Under the pieces are notes generated by a model, which saw only the letters and a list, made by a program, of their open reading frames with translations, did not search any database and had not been told where the DNA came from. A stretch of DNA of 64,000 nt from Terriglobales bacterium (GTDB taxonomy: Bacteria; Acidobacteriota; Terriglobia; Terriglobales; Acidobacteriaceae): positions 3,206-67,205 of the forward strand of contig DASTJH010000052.1 of NCBI GenBank assembly GCA_035716645.1, read 5' to 3'. The translations under genes and the position numbers were made by a program. Positions 8,486 through 17,804 of this stretch are shown piece by piece (position 1 is the first letter of the stretch; every line of letters begins with the position of its first letter).

Positions 8486-9427
8486 ATGAAAATCCTCATC
8501 GCCGAAAAAGTATCTCCCGCCACTCTCAAAGTTCTTCGCGAAGAACCTGATTTTGAAGTGATCACCCACGAGCAGATGGGCGATCTCATGACCGCCGTCC
8601 GCGATGCCGACGCGCTCGTCGTCCGCTCTGCCATCGATGTCAACGCCAAGCTGATCGACGCAGCGGCCCGCCTCCGCGTAATTGGACGCGCTGGCGTAGG
8701 CGTAGACAACATCGACTGCGCGGCTGCGGCGCGCAAGGGCATCATCGTGATGAATACTCCTGGAGCGAACGCCGTCGCGGTGGCCGAGCACACGCTTGGT
8801 CTCATGTTGTCGCTGGCCCGCTTCATTCCCCGAGCGGACCAGAGCACCCGCGCCGGAAAGTGGGAGAAGAAATCCCTGCAGGGCACCGAACTTCGCGGTA
8901 AGACGCTGGGCATCATCGGCCTCGGGCGCACCGGCAGGGAAGTGGCGCGTCGAGCCAAAGCTTTCGGTATGAAGGTACTCGCGTGCGATCCGCACGCCGC
9001 GCAAGAAGTGGTGCACGAGTTGGGTATTGAACTTACTACGCTCGACGCTCTGTATGCGGCCTCGGATTACATTTCGCTTCACGTCGGACTCACTCCCAAA
9101 ACCTTAGGCATGATCAATGCCGGCGCGATTGCCAAGATGAAGAAGGGCGTGAAAATCGTGAACTGTGCGCGCGGCGAGTTGATCGACGACGCAGCTCTCG
9201 TGGCGGCACTGAATTCGGGTCACGTAGGCGGAGTGGCGGTGGACGTGTACAGCCAGGAACCTCCCAAAGAGAACCCTCTTTTGACTGCTCCCAACGTGAT
9301 TGCGACTCCACACATTGCCGGCTCGACCAACGAAGCTCAGGAAATGGTCGGTGTGCAGATTGCGCAGCAGGTCAAGGAATATCTGAAGAACGGAGTCATC
9401 CACAACGCCGTTAAGGCGACAGCCTAA
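8486..9427 (+). CDS. serA: D-3-phosphoglycerate dehydrogenase / D-isomer 2-hydroxyacid dehydrogenase (short form)
   Basis: NAD-binding motif GIIGLGRTGREVA. Catalytic region ARGELID...TPHIAGST. 313 aa with no ACT domain. Confidence 0.7.
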   Translation: MKILIAEKVSPATLKVLREEPDFEVITHEQMGDLMTAVRDADALVVRSAIDVNAKLIDAAARLRVIGRAGVGVDNIDCAAAARKGIIVMNTPGANAVAVAEHTLGLMLSLARFIPRADQSTRAGKWEKKSLQGTELRGKTLGIIGLGRTGREVARRAKAFGMKVLACDPHAAQEVVHELGIELTTLDALYAASDYISLHVGLTPKTLGMINAGAIAKMKKGVKIVNCARGELIDDAALVAALNSGHVGGVAVDVYSQEPPKENPLLTAPNVIATPHIAGSTNEAQEMVGVQIAQQVKEYLKNGVIHNAVKATA

Positions 9428-9538
9428 GCCCCACTACCATCCAAGCTTCTCGCGCCGCAGAATGAGCATCCTACTACTGTGCCGGAGCCTCATCCCGACG
9501 GACGCTCCGGCGATTCTCTTTCTGATAGGAGCAAACTC

Positions 9539-10537
9539 ATGGCTCACCTTGGCACTCTGCGCGATTTCCGCTTCTCCGAACATGCCGACGACATTCGCGG
9601 CGCCACCCTCTACGGACGAGACGACCAGAAGCTGGGCGAGATCTCCGACATCCTGTTCGACCACGAAACCGGCCAGGTGAAGTACGCGGTCATTGATACC
9701 GGCGGCTGGCTCACCAGCAACGAGTTCCTTGTCCCTTCCGATCGCATTCGTCAGCGGGGTGACAAAGAGGACGAATATTCCGCTGACCTCACGAAAAAGC
9801 AGATCGAAACTTTTCCCGCCTATGACGAAGACCACCTGAAAGATGAGAAGCGTTGGGGAGACTACGTCCGCGAGTACAACCAAGCTTCGGGATATCAGGT
9901 CACCGGTGGCGTGATGCACGAGGCTGGAGGAACCAACATCATCGTGTCGGATGCGATTCCTGCCGAAGGTCCGACGCCGACGAACATCAGCGGGAAGCCG
10001 GTTTCCGGCTACAAGAGTCCGATCCACCATCATCCGTCGCGACCTATGGATACCACGCCGATGGGTGTTGCTAACGATACCGATGAAGAGACGCTGACGT
10101 TTGTTCCCGACGCCATGGATCTGGGGCGCGGCGACATTCAAACGCGCGAAACCAGCGCCATCGAAGACGAGAATCGAAAGGAAGAAGAGCAGCGCAAGGG
10201 GAATATCGTCAATCGCGAAAATGACCGCATGTCCACGATTCAGGCCTCCGGCGTCGAGCGGACCATCGAAGGCGACGCCGTCTTCAATTGTGAGGACGTC
10301 AGCGAGCGACAGCATGCGCGCGGGAACGTCCACGATGCCGATGTTCCCAGTTATGCCACCGTCGGTGGTCCCGAAACGCAGACCATGCAGGGACGAACGC
10401 CGAACTATCCGGATGCTTCCCAAGGCAAACGTTGGCAACGCTTCGAGCAGAAGCTCCGCGAAGACCGGCCCAGCATCGTGGGAAGCTGCAGTGTGTGTCA
10501 GCAGTTCCAGAACCGGCATAAAGAAGACGCGGCGTAA
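9539..10537 (+). CDS. PRC-barrel domain protein with a long acidic, disordered C-terminal region
   Basis: GATLYGRDDQKLGEISDILFDHETGQVKYAVIDTGGW is PRC-barrel-like. AGGAG lies 7 nt upstream of ATG 9539, so I prefer this start to GTG 9479. Confidence 0.6.
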   Translation: MAHLGTLRDFRFSEHADDIRGATLYGRDDQKLGEISDILFDHETGQVKYAVIDTGGWLTSNEFLVPSDRIRQRGDKEDEYSADLTKKQIETFPAYDEDHLKDEKRWGDYVREYNQASGYQVTGGVMHEAGGTNIIVSDAIPAEGPTPTNISGKPVSGYKSPIHHHPSRPMDTTPMGVANDTDEETLTFVPDAMDLGRGDIQTRETSAIEDENRKEEEQRKGNIVNRENDRMSTIQASGVERTIEGDAVFNCEDVSERQHARGNVHDADVPSYATVGGPETQTMQGRTPNYPDASQGKRWQRFEQKLREDRPSIVGSCSVCQQFQNRHKEDAA

Positions 10538-10549
10538 GTCCCCAGCGTA

Positions 10550-10609
10550 ACCACAGAGACACAGAAAAACGAGTTTCCGATTTTCTCTGGGTCTCCGTGT
10601 CTCTGTGGT
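10550..10609. repeat. CACAGAGA-word hairpin just downstream of the PRC-barrel gene
   Basis: ACCACAGAGACACAGAAAA...TTTTCTCTGGGTCTCCGTGTCTCTGTGGT forms an imperfect long hairpin. There is no T-tract, so I list it as a repeat rather than a terminator. Confidence 0.6.
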
Positions 10610-10709
10610 GAAATCGCCGTGTGGCGCATTTTGGCGCTACTCACAACCCCTACCCGATCTCGCAAAACTGGGTTACACTTTCAGGAATTCCCCTAGAAAA
10701 GCGGCCAGA

Positions 10710-10922
10710 ATGCAGTGTGAAGTGCAGCAACTTCGCGCAAGCGAGAGCTGTGACCGTGAAGCTTCGTATTCGATCACGGTGAGCTATCTCGGCCGTCCAG
10801 CGCTCAACCTGCATTTGTGCAAACTGCACATCCTCGATACCTGGAACCTCGCGAAGGGTGATTCGGAACTGGTATTCGGCAACGACGGCCATGTGAAAAG
10901 CGTCGGGGTGAAGAAGTTGTAG
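10710..10922 (+). CDS. Small hypothetical protein (weak call)
   Basis: This is only an ORF (MQCEVQQLRASESCDRE...). It has no recognisable motif and sits in a 400-bp gap upstream of murI. Confidence 0.2.
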   Translation: MQCEVQQLRASESCDREASYSITVSYLGRPALNLHLCKLHILDTWNLAKGDSELVFGNDGHVKSVGVKKL

Positions 10923-10942
10923 AGTGCCGAATCCCGGAGGTC

Positions 10943-11818
10943 TCACTCCGGTAACGCGATCAGATCGACTCTTTCGATGGTCTGCCCTAGAAACCGACTA
11001 CCGAGCGCGCGAAACTTCTCCACGGAATCGGTGGCGAAGAACTGAACCGCAGACTTATTCCCCGAACTGTTTGCCTTTCCTAGAACTCCAGCGAGTTCAT
11101 GCGCCGTCGCCTGTGCCGAATCGACAAGTTGGGTCTTCGCCGGCAGGAGTTCATGCAGCAGCGGCTTAATCAGGGGATAGTGGGTGCATCCGAGCACGAG
11201 CACATCCGAGTCTTTGTGACCGTTGGTGTGCTCCTCGCGCCAGAGTTCGTCGAGATAGATTTTTGCCACTTGCTTGGTGACCGGATGATCAACCCAGCCT
11301 TCCTCGATCAGCGGAACCAGCAGTGGACACGCTTTCTCAACAGCCGCAACCTGCAGCCGCTGCAACGCTGCCAAATACGCGTGGCTTTGGATAGTGGCCA
11401 CGGTGCCAATCACGGAAACTTTTTTCGTTCGTGTAAGCGCCAGAGCCGCGCGCGCGCCCGGCTCGATTACTCCCAAAACGGGACTTGAGACTGCCGCTCG
11501 AATGGCTTCCATGGCTAGAGCGCTGGCGGTGTTGCAGGCGATCACCAGATACTCCGCACCTTGGTCCACGAGAAACTGCACGCTCGACGTTGCGTAACGC
11601 GCCACAGTCGCGGGCGACTTCGATCCGTAGGGCAGCCGTGCCGTGTCGCCGATGTAGAGGTAATCCGCGTTGGGAACCGCGGCCATCAATTCATGCAGCA
11701 CAGTCAGACCGCCAAAGCCCGAATCGAAGACGCCGATCTTGGGCCGATGCTGTAAAGACCCAGCCTCGCTGCACCTATGTTCCGAATTGGAGCCGGAGGT
11801 TTTCTGACGGGAATTCAT
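10943..11818 (-). CDS. murI: Glutamate racemase
   Basis: IGVFDSGFGGLTV, VIACNTAS and LGCTHYPL motifs. The start could instead be 11854, which would overlap the upstream gene by 20 nt. Confidence 0.85.
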   Translation of the reverse strand: MNSRQKTSGSNSEHRCSEAGSLQHRPKIGVFDSGFGGLTVLHELMAAVPNADYLYIGDTARLPYGSKSPATVARYATSSVQFLVDQGAEYLVIACNTASALAMEAIRAAVSSPVLGVIEPGARAALALTRTKKVSVIGTVATIQSHAYLAALQRLQVAAVEKACPLLVPLIEEGWVDHPVTKQVAKIYLDELWREEHTNGHKDSDVLVLGCTHYPLIKPLLHELLPAKTQLVDSAQATAHELAGVLGKANSSGNKSAVQFFATDSVEKFRALGSRFLGQTIERVDLIALPE

Positions 11819-11834
11819 CGCGGACGGAATCGCA

Positions 11835-12422
11835 TCACTCCAGTTGCTCCACAATCTTATGCACCACGATGGTGCTGTAGGCGTGGGTTAGATCGACGTG
11901 GCCGGCGAGCGTCTCGCGCGTCTGTCCATTCACGAGGATTCTCACTCTTTGCACTTGGGGAAAGTTGTCGGCCAGGGTTTCAATCAGGGAAAGAAGAGTA
12001 AAGTCTTCCACCATGATGCCGGAGCGGTGTCCATCGGCGAGCTTCTGATTTAAATCAATCACCGCCAACTCGGGATTCACAAAGAAGACATTATTTACGG
12101 CCGCACCGTCCGCGAGTGGGTGCGGCGAGGGTTTGTTCACATATTCGGCAATCAGTGTCTGCAACAGCTGTCTTGCCCGCGCGCCGGGCTCCTCGGGAAG
12201 CGACATCATCGCCTGCCGATGGCGAAACAGACCATCTTCGTCGTAGGCGATGGTAAGTGTAACTGGTTGCGCATGTCCGGAACTAGTGGGCATGAATCGT
12301 AGTTCCGAATTCGTGGACACCTGATTGGGATGAGTATGCGCCAGGTGCAGGATGAACAAGCCGCTGCCGAATATTCCCGCGAGCAGCAGCATGAGTGCGA
12401 TCTGCGCGTGGCGGGGAATCAA
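11835..12422 (-). CDS. GerMN domain-containing membrane-anchored protein
   Basis: N-terminal TM helix. A GerMN-like region (ELAVIDLNQKL...LLSLIETLADNFPQVQRVRILVNGQ). Conserved position between the amidase gene and murI. Confidence 0.6.
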   Translation of the reverse strand: MIPRHAQIALMLLLAGIFGSGLFILHLAHTHPNQVSTNSELRFMPTSSGHAQPVTLTIAYDEDGLFRHRQAMMSLPEEPGARARQLLQTLIAEYVNKPSPHPLADGAAVNNVFFVNPELAVIDLNQKLADGHRSGIMVEDFTLLSLIETLADNFPQVQRVRILVNGQTRETLAGHVDLTHAYSTIVVHKIVEQLE

Positions 12423-13171
12423 TGCGAGCCTTCCTTAGCGTCCGTGCGAACGACGATCAGATCGGTGAGCGCCGTGACGACGCGGTCCTCGTCCACACTG
12501 AAGCCGTGACTATCGCAGGGAAGCTCTACGGCCACGGCCGGAGCGGCGATCGCAGCCAGCGGCTCGACAAAAGCTGGCAGTCGTTGCGCTTCCACGTCGT
12601 GCTTGGCCAGCGCTTGCGCTATGGTCGCGGCAAGCGCCGAGCTTTGCTGAAGAAATGCGCTCTGAGCTGTTTGCCAGGGCAAGAACGAACGTCGCGACTC
12701 GGTGGAACTCTTATCGGATGGCGGCAACGGTGTGAAGATGTGCAACACGCTTCCCGGCTCCGCGTGCACCGAGAGAAACATCGCTGGTCGCGCTAAATTC
12801 GCGACGCTGGCTCGTTGCCGAAACGAAAGGGCAACATCGGAATCTCGCAGCATTTTCACCGAGACTCCCCGAGCGTCGAGCGCCTGCCGCAGTCGTTTGG
12901 CGAATTCCAGTGTGAGGTTCTTTTCCAGCAGCCTGTCAGAGATGCGAGCACCCGGATCGCTGCCGCCATGCGCAGGATCGAGAACCACCACCAAGCTCTG
13001 GGCATTCTCGTTGCTGCTTGGCGACGACTTGGCCGGTTCCTGTGCTACCAACAAACTGCCGGACACGATCAGGAGGAGCAGCAACCCGATCGAGCAACAG
13101 CGCAACAGTGTGCAGTCCCATTTCGGGATGTATTCCCTAGTCTCTATTTGGAACCGCGCAAACTGCTTCAT
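12419..13171 (-). CDS. N-acetylmuramoyl-L-alanine amidase (amidase_3 family)
   Basis: VVVLDPAHGGSDPGA...EKNLTLEFAKRL motif after a signal/TM segment. I use the internal start MKQFARF to avoid overlapping the upstream gene. Confidence 0.75.
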   Translation of the reverse strand: MKQFARFQIETREYIPKWDCTLLRCCSIGLLLLLIVSGSLLVAQEPAKSSPSSNENAQSLVVVLDPAHGGSDPGARISDRLLEKNLTLEFAKRLRQALDARGVSVKMLRDSDVALSFRQRASVANLARPAMFLSVHAEPGSVLHIFTPLPPSDKSSTESRRSFLPWQTAQSAFLQQSSALAATIAQALAKHDVEAQRLPAFVEPLAAIAAPAVAVELPCDSHGFSVDEDRVVTALTDLIVVRTDAKEGSH

Positions 13172-13205
13172 CGCCGAAATCCAACAGCCGAATGCCGACA
13201 GCCTC

Positions 13206-13919
13206 TTATTCCAATTTGATCCATGTCGCCCGAGCCTTGGCGCAGAGGTCTCCTTCCGGAGAGTACAGCGCGGCGCCTGCATGGAATTTGCGCCCTTCGC
13301 TGCCGGCCGGCCAACTCATCACCACATACGGTCGTGACGGGTACACCGGCAGAAGTTGTTCCACGGCGAGTCGCCCGGTGACCAGAGTGCCGCGCCAGGG
13401 GAATCCGGCGGCAAATCCCGTAGGACAGTCCATGGCGGCCCATACAAATTCCGGACGCACAATCGGTCCGCCATTCGTGAGCGAAGCATCGGGCACCCAG
13501 GGCGCGGCGAACATCCCGGTTTCCTCCGGTTGCCCATTCACTCGTCCGGGGAAGATCCGTAGCCCATCGCCTTGCGCCCGCTCGGGGCCACAGGTGAAGC
13601 AAGTCGGAAAAGGGTGATTCTGAAATGCCAGAGATTGGCTGGCGGCACGCTCAGCTATCTCCAGCGACGTAGCCGGCGGCAGATGATTACCGATCTCAGT
13701 CTTCATAGCATCGATGATCAAATCCTGACCATCAAGCAGCCGAACCACGCCGGGCAGAGTTTCAATTTGGAGCGCGCGCTCGAGCGGCACTGGTTTGCGC
13801 AGCGTGCACTCGCAAGGGCCACCCAAATGTGACGCGACCATGCCAGAGCTATACCCGCCATTGCCGCTGGTCGGCGGTCCACAAAAACGGCGTGCAATCG
13901 TAAGCGGGGGAAGAGACAT
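13206..13919 (-). CDS. Hypothetical protein, possibly hotdog-fold (thioesterase-like)
   Basis: Protein-like composition. The GPPTSGNGGY and FTCGPER segments recall a family of hotdog-fold proteins. The assignment is tentative. Confidence 0.4.
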   Translation of the reverse strand: MSLPPLTIARRFCGPPTSGNGGYSSGMVASHLGGPCECTLRKPVPLERALQIETLPGVVRLLDGQDLIIDAMKTEIGNHLPPATSLEIAERAASQSLAFQNHPFPTCFTCGPERAQGDGLRIFPGRVNGQPEETGMFAAPWVPDASLTNGGPIVRPEFVWAAMDCPTGFAAGFPWRGTLVTGRLAVEQLLPVYPSRPYVVMSWPAGSEGRKFHAGAALYSPEGDLCAKARATWIKLE

Positions 13920-13946
13920 TATTGTTCAGAATAGCAGGAGCTTTGT

Positions 13947-14058
13947 TGTCATCCCGAACTGCGTGCCGTGGGAAATCCCTACCTGACGAAAAGTTTTCTG
14001 GTGGCGCTTTCCATGCGAGTAGGGATTCCTCTCCGCCTGCGGCGGATTCGGAATGACA
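13947..14058. repeat. GTCATCCCGA/GTCATTCCGA-family paired-arm element
   Basis: TGTCATCCCGAACTGCGTGCCGTGGGAAATCCCTACC is inverted as GTAGGGATTCCTCTCCGCCTGCGGCGGATTCGGAATGACA. Confidence 0.8.
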
Positions 14059-14070
14059 TATATCTTCTGT

Positions 14071-15192
14071 TTATCTTCCAAATCCCGCGGCTTCCATCTG
14101 CTCGCGGGCTGCTTCGGCGGTTGAGCCGATGCCTTGGACTTTGAGTTTGAAATCGTCTGGGTTGGTGGCATTTTCCATAGCGACTTCATAGGTGACCAGT
14201 CCCTGCTGAAACAAATCGTAGAGCGACTGGTCGAAGGTCTGCATCCCATATTGGGAAGTTCCGAGCGAGATCGCTTCGCGAATCATGCGCGTCTTTTCAG
14301 GCGTAACGATGCACTCGCGAATCAGGGCCGTGGAGATGAGAACCTCGACGGCCGGCACTCGTCCGTTGCCATCCGCCTTGCGAACGAGTCGCTGACTGAT
14401 GACCGCCTTGATGGTCGCGGCCAGCTGCATGCGAACTTGCTTCTGCTCCGGGGGCGGAAAGACTGAGATGATACGGTTGATCGTCTCGACAGCGTCGAGC
14501 GTGTGCAGCGTAGAGAAGACCATGTGTCCAGTTTCGGCGGCGTGCAGCGCGGTCGAGATCGTTTCCAAGTCGCGCATTTCGCCGACCAGGATCACGTCCG
14601 GGTCCTGACGCAAGCTGGCGCGCAGAGCCGACGCGAACGACGGCGTATCGACTTCCACTTCGCGCTGGTTGACGAATCCGCGCTTATCGCGATGCAAAAA
14701 TTCGATCGGGTCTTCGATGGTAATAATGTGCTCGGGGCGCTGGGAGTTTACACGGTCGATCATCGCCGCCAGCGTTGTCGATTTTCCCGAACCGGTCACG
14801 CCGGTGACGAGCACCAGGCCGCGAGCTTCCTCGCAAATCTTCTCGATAATCTTCGGCAGGTAAAGTTCTTCGAGCACGCGAATCTTGGTGGGAATTACGC
14901 GCAGCACCAGGCCGACGTTGCCGCGCTGCTGAAACACGTTTACACGGAATCGCCCGAGTCCCGCGACGCCGTATGCCATATCGAGTTCGGCGGTTTCTTT
15001 GAACTTTTGCTTTTGTCGGTTCGACATCATGCTGAACGCCATGTTCAGCATGTCTTCAGCGGAGATGCGTGGCTGGTCGGTGAGCGAAACCAATTCCCCA
15101 TCGATGCGGATATGGGGGAAGTTGCCAACCTTCAGATGCAAGTCGGAAGCTTTGCGCTCCATTGCAATCCGGAGCAGATCATCGATGTTCAT
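14071..15192 (-). CDS. pilT: Type IV pilus twitching-motility ATPase PilT
   Basis: N-terminus MNIDDLLRIAMERKASDLHL, Walker A GVTGSGKSTT, and the motifs GEMRD and TGHMVFSTLHT. Confidence 0.85.
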   Translation of the reverse strand: MNIDDLLRIAMERKASDLHLKVGNFPHIRIDGELVSLTDQPRISAEDMLNMAFSMMSNRQKQKFKETAELDMAYGVAGLGRFRVNVFQQRGNVGLVLRVIPTKIRVLEELYLPKIIEKICEEARGLVLVTGVTGSGKSTTLAAMIDRVNSQRPEHIITIEDPIEFLHRDKRGFVNQREVEVDTPSFASALRASLRQDPDVILVGEMRDLETISTALHAAETGHMVFSTLHTLDAVETINRIISVFPPPEQKQVRMQLAATIKAVISQRLVRKADGNGRVPAVEVLISTALIRECIVTPEKTRMIREAISLGTSQYGMQTFDQSLYDLFQQGLVTYEVAMENATNPDDFKLKVQGIGSTAEAAREQMEAAGFGR

Positions 15193-15397
15193 CGTTCGCC
15201 CTTCGCAAGTGAGTTCGCCATCAGGTAGTCGCGAATCTGTTTCTCAGCTTCAGCCGCTGACGCCAAGCATGAACAGCGATGTCTGGCCGCTGAGCCTGAG
15301 CGAAAGTAGCATGGAGATATGGGCGAGGCAATCGGTTCAGCTACTTAGTGGTTAACGATTCTCTACACTTTAGTAACATCAGGGTAGGCAAGAGAAC

Positions 15398-16732
15398 ATG
15401 ACCGTTGAGACGGGAACCCCGAAGCTGAACGTGCCGCGCGTGGTGATCATCGGCGGCGGATTTGGCGGCCTGAACGCCGCGTTCGGACTCGCCAACCAGC
15501 CGCTCCACGTCACGCTTCTCGATCGCAAGAACCATCACACGTTTCAACCTTTGCTGTACCAGGTCGCGCTGGCCGCGCTTTCGCCTGCCGACATTTCGGC
15601 GCCTCTTCGCCGCGCAGTTCACGGGAAGAAGAACATCGATGTCCTGATCGGCGAAGCGGCGGCCTTTGATCTTGATCGCCGGCTCATCCACCTCAAAGAA
15701 GGAATCGACGTTCCCTACGACTATCTCATCCTCGCCGCCGGTGCTACCCATTCTTATTTTGGGCATCCGGAGTGGGCGCATCTTGCTCCCGGACTCAAGA
15801 GTCTCGAAGATGCCACCGAGATCCGCCGCCGCGTGCTGCTGGCATTTGAACTCTCCGAGCGCGAATCGCTGCTGGAAAACGAACATTGCCGGCTGAATTT
15901 TGTCGTCGTCGGCGGAGGTCCAACAGGAGTGGAGCTAGCCGGAGCGATCGCGGACATCTCGCGTCACGTCCTCAGTGAAGATTTTCATGGCACCAATCCC
16001 CGCCACGCGCGCGTGCTCCTGCTCGAAGGCGGACCGCGTGTGTTGCCGACCTACGCTCCTGATCTTTCCGCCAGCGCACAGCGCCAACTCGAATCACTCG
16101 GCGTCGAGGTGCACACGAACACGCTGGTCACGAATGTCGAGCCCGGCGTTGTTTACGTGGGTGCCGAAAAGATCGATGCCGCCGTGACGCTATGGGCTGC
16201 GGGCGTGCAAGCTTCGCCGCTCGGTCGCGCACTCGGAGCCAAAGTCACCCGGAGCGGAACGGTCGAAGTGAACGGCCGCCTGAACATCGAAGGACATCCC
16301 GAGGTCTTCGTGATTGGCGACCTCGCGCATCTTGAGCAAGACGGAGCGCAGCTTCCGGGTGTCGCGCCGGTGGCGATCCAAATGGGGAAATACACCGCGA
16401 AGGAAATTCGCCGACGCATCGCCAATGAGCCCAGCAAGCCATTCCGCTATTGGGACAAAGGCAGCATGGCGACGATAGGTCGAAGCAAAGGCATTGCCCA
16501 AATCGGGAAAATCCATTTGTCCGGACTGATCGCCTGGGCGGCTTGGCTCTTTATTCATCTGATTTATCTAATCGGCTTCCGCAATCGCTTCTTCGTCCTG
16601 CTCAACTGGACGTGGCAATACATGAGCTGGCAAGCCGGCGCGCGCCTGATTACTGGCAGCGATCAATTGCCGGGCTGGCGGCAGCACCACGAAATGCCTG
16701 CGCAGCAGGATAGGACGCAAAAACCAGCCTAA
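15398..16732 (+). CDS. ndh: Type II NADH dehydrogenase (NDH-2)
   Basis: Two dinucleotide-binding motifs (VVIIGGGFGGL and VVVGGGPTGVE). C-terminal membrane-associated helices. Confidence 0.8.
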   Translation: MTVETGTPKLNVPRVVIIGGGFGGLNAAFGLANQPLHVTLLDRKNHHTFQPLLYQVALAALSPADISAPLRRAVHGKKNIDVLIGEAAAFDLDRRLIHLKEGIDVPYDYLILAAGATHSYFGHPEWAHLAPGLKSLEDATEIRRRVLLAFELSERESLLENEHCRLNFVVVGGGPTGVELAGAIADISRHVLSEDFHGTNPRHARVLLLEGGPRVLPTYAPDLSASAQRQLESLGVEVHTNTLVTNVEPGVVYVGAEKIDAAVTLWAAGVQASPLGRALGAKVTRSGTVEVNGRLNIEGHPEVFVIGDLAHLEQDGAQLPGVAPVAIQMGKYTAKEIRRRIANEPSKPFRYWDKGSMATIGRSKGIAQIGKIHLSGLIAWAAWLFIHLIYLIGFRNRFFVLLNWTWQYMSWQAGARLITGSDQLPGWRQHHEMPAQQDRTQKPA

Positions 16733-16857
16733 CCCGCGTTCCTCAGTGGAACCGCTCGTCTCAATGGTTGGAGATTATCCTCCTGAGCGCCTGACCTCTC
16801 CGGAAGTCACCCTGGCTGCGTCTCTAAATGTTGTTCTGGTATTACGATGAATACTCA

Positions 16858-17694
16858 ATGCCCAAGCCCCTGACTCGCTTCTCGCTCTTGACTGCTCTGT
16901 GCCTCTGCATCTCTGTGATGATTGGCTTTGGTTCCCTGCTTGCCTCGGCCCAGAGCATCACCAGCACAACCGACATGGCCAAGCAAATCCTGCAGTGGAC
17001 TAACGAAGAACGCGCCAAAGTCCATGCGTCCCCGCTCACATGGGACGGACATCTCGCTGTCGCCGCGCAACTGCACTCGAATGAGATGGCTAAGCAAAGC
17101 GCGCTCTCGCATCAGTTCCAGGATGAGCCGACGTTGTCGCAGCGACTCTCCGAGCGCGGAGCCCGCTTCAGCGCCGCTGCGGAGAATGTCGGTTTCGCCG
17201 GCACTGCGGAAGAACTGCAGAGCGGCTGGATGCACTCGCCGCCGCATCGCGCCAACCTGCTCAATCCTCGCTACGACCATGTCGGCATCGCCATCACCCG
17301 GGTTGGCGATCGGCTGTGGGCTACGGAAGATTTCACGACGGCCGTCAACCGCCTCTCGCCGGATGAATTTGAGAAGGCCGTGGCTGACCAGATCACGAAA
17401 CGGCGCCAGACACGGCATCTTGGGCCACTGCACATGACCTCGTCGCCCGGATTGCGAAAACTGGCATGCTCAGGCGATCCTTCAGCCGGTACTGCGTTTG
17501 CCGCCGTCCCGCATCAGAACGTGCAGATGTTTGCCTTTAACTTCACTGGATCGAGTCCCGACCAATTGCCTGCGGACCTGATGCGCAGAATCCTGGAGCT
17601 GCCGTCAGGCGCGTACTACATCGGTGCGTGTGCCCAATCGGATCCCGGCACAGGCTTCAGCGCGTACCGAGTACTGATCGTGCTGCACCAATAG
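16858..17694 (+). CDS. Secreted CAP/SCP (cysteine-rich secretory protein family) domain protein
   Basis: Signal peptide. NEERAK...LSHQF...AENVGF...WMHSPPHRANLLNPRYDHVGIA is the CAP domain signature. Confidence 0.7.
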   Translation: MPKPLTRFSLLTALCLCISVMIGFGSLLASAQSITSTTDMAKQILQWTNEERAKVHASPLTWDGHLAVAAQLHSNEMAKQSALSHQFQDEPTLSQRLSERGARFSAAAENVGFAGTAEELQSGWMHSPPHRANLLNPRYDHVGIAITRVGDRLWATEDFTTAVNRLSPDEFEKAVADQITKRRQTRHLGPLHMTSSPGLRKLACSGDPSAGTAFAAVPHQNVQMFAFNFTGSSPDQLPADLMRRILELPSGAYYIGACAQSDPGTGFSAYRVLIVLHQ

Positions 17695-17696
17695 AT

Positions 17697-17795
17697 TGTC
17701 ATTCCGAGTCCGCTTCGGCGGAAGAGGAATCCCTACCCCTGACGACGATTTACAGGGTAGGGATTTCTCTTCCGCTGCGCGGAGTCGGGATGACA
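17697..17795. repeat. GTCATTCCGA-family paired-arm element between convergent genes
   Basis: TGTCATTCCGAGTCCGCTTCGGCGGAAGAGGAATCCCTACCC is inverted as GGGTAGGGATTTCTCTTCCGCTGCGCGGAGTCGGGATGACA. Confidence 0.85.
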
Positions 17796-17804
17796 AGGCA
17801 AAGC

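Noticed and set aside
9434-10519. Long antisense ORFs opposite real genes. This one is an example; others are 1410..2459, 8384..9082, 14503..15228, 35934..37106, 38319..39320, 46117..46989 and 60371..61528.
   Set aside because: They are shadow ORFs typical of GC-rich DNA. Each lies opposite a gene with strong family motifs, and their products are Arg/Ala/Gly-rich with no recognisable domains.
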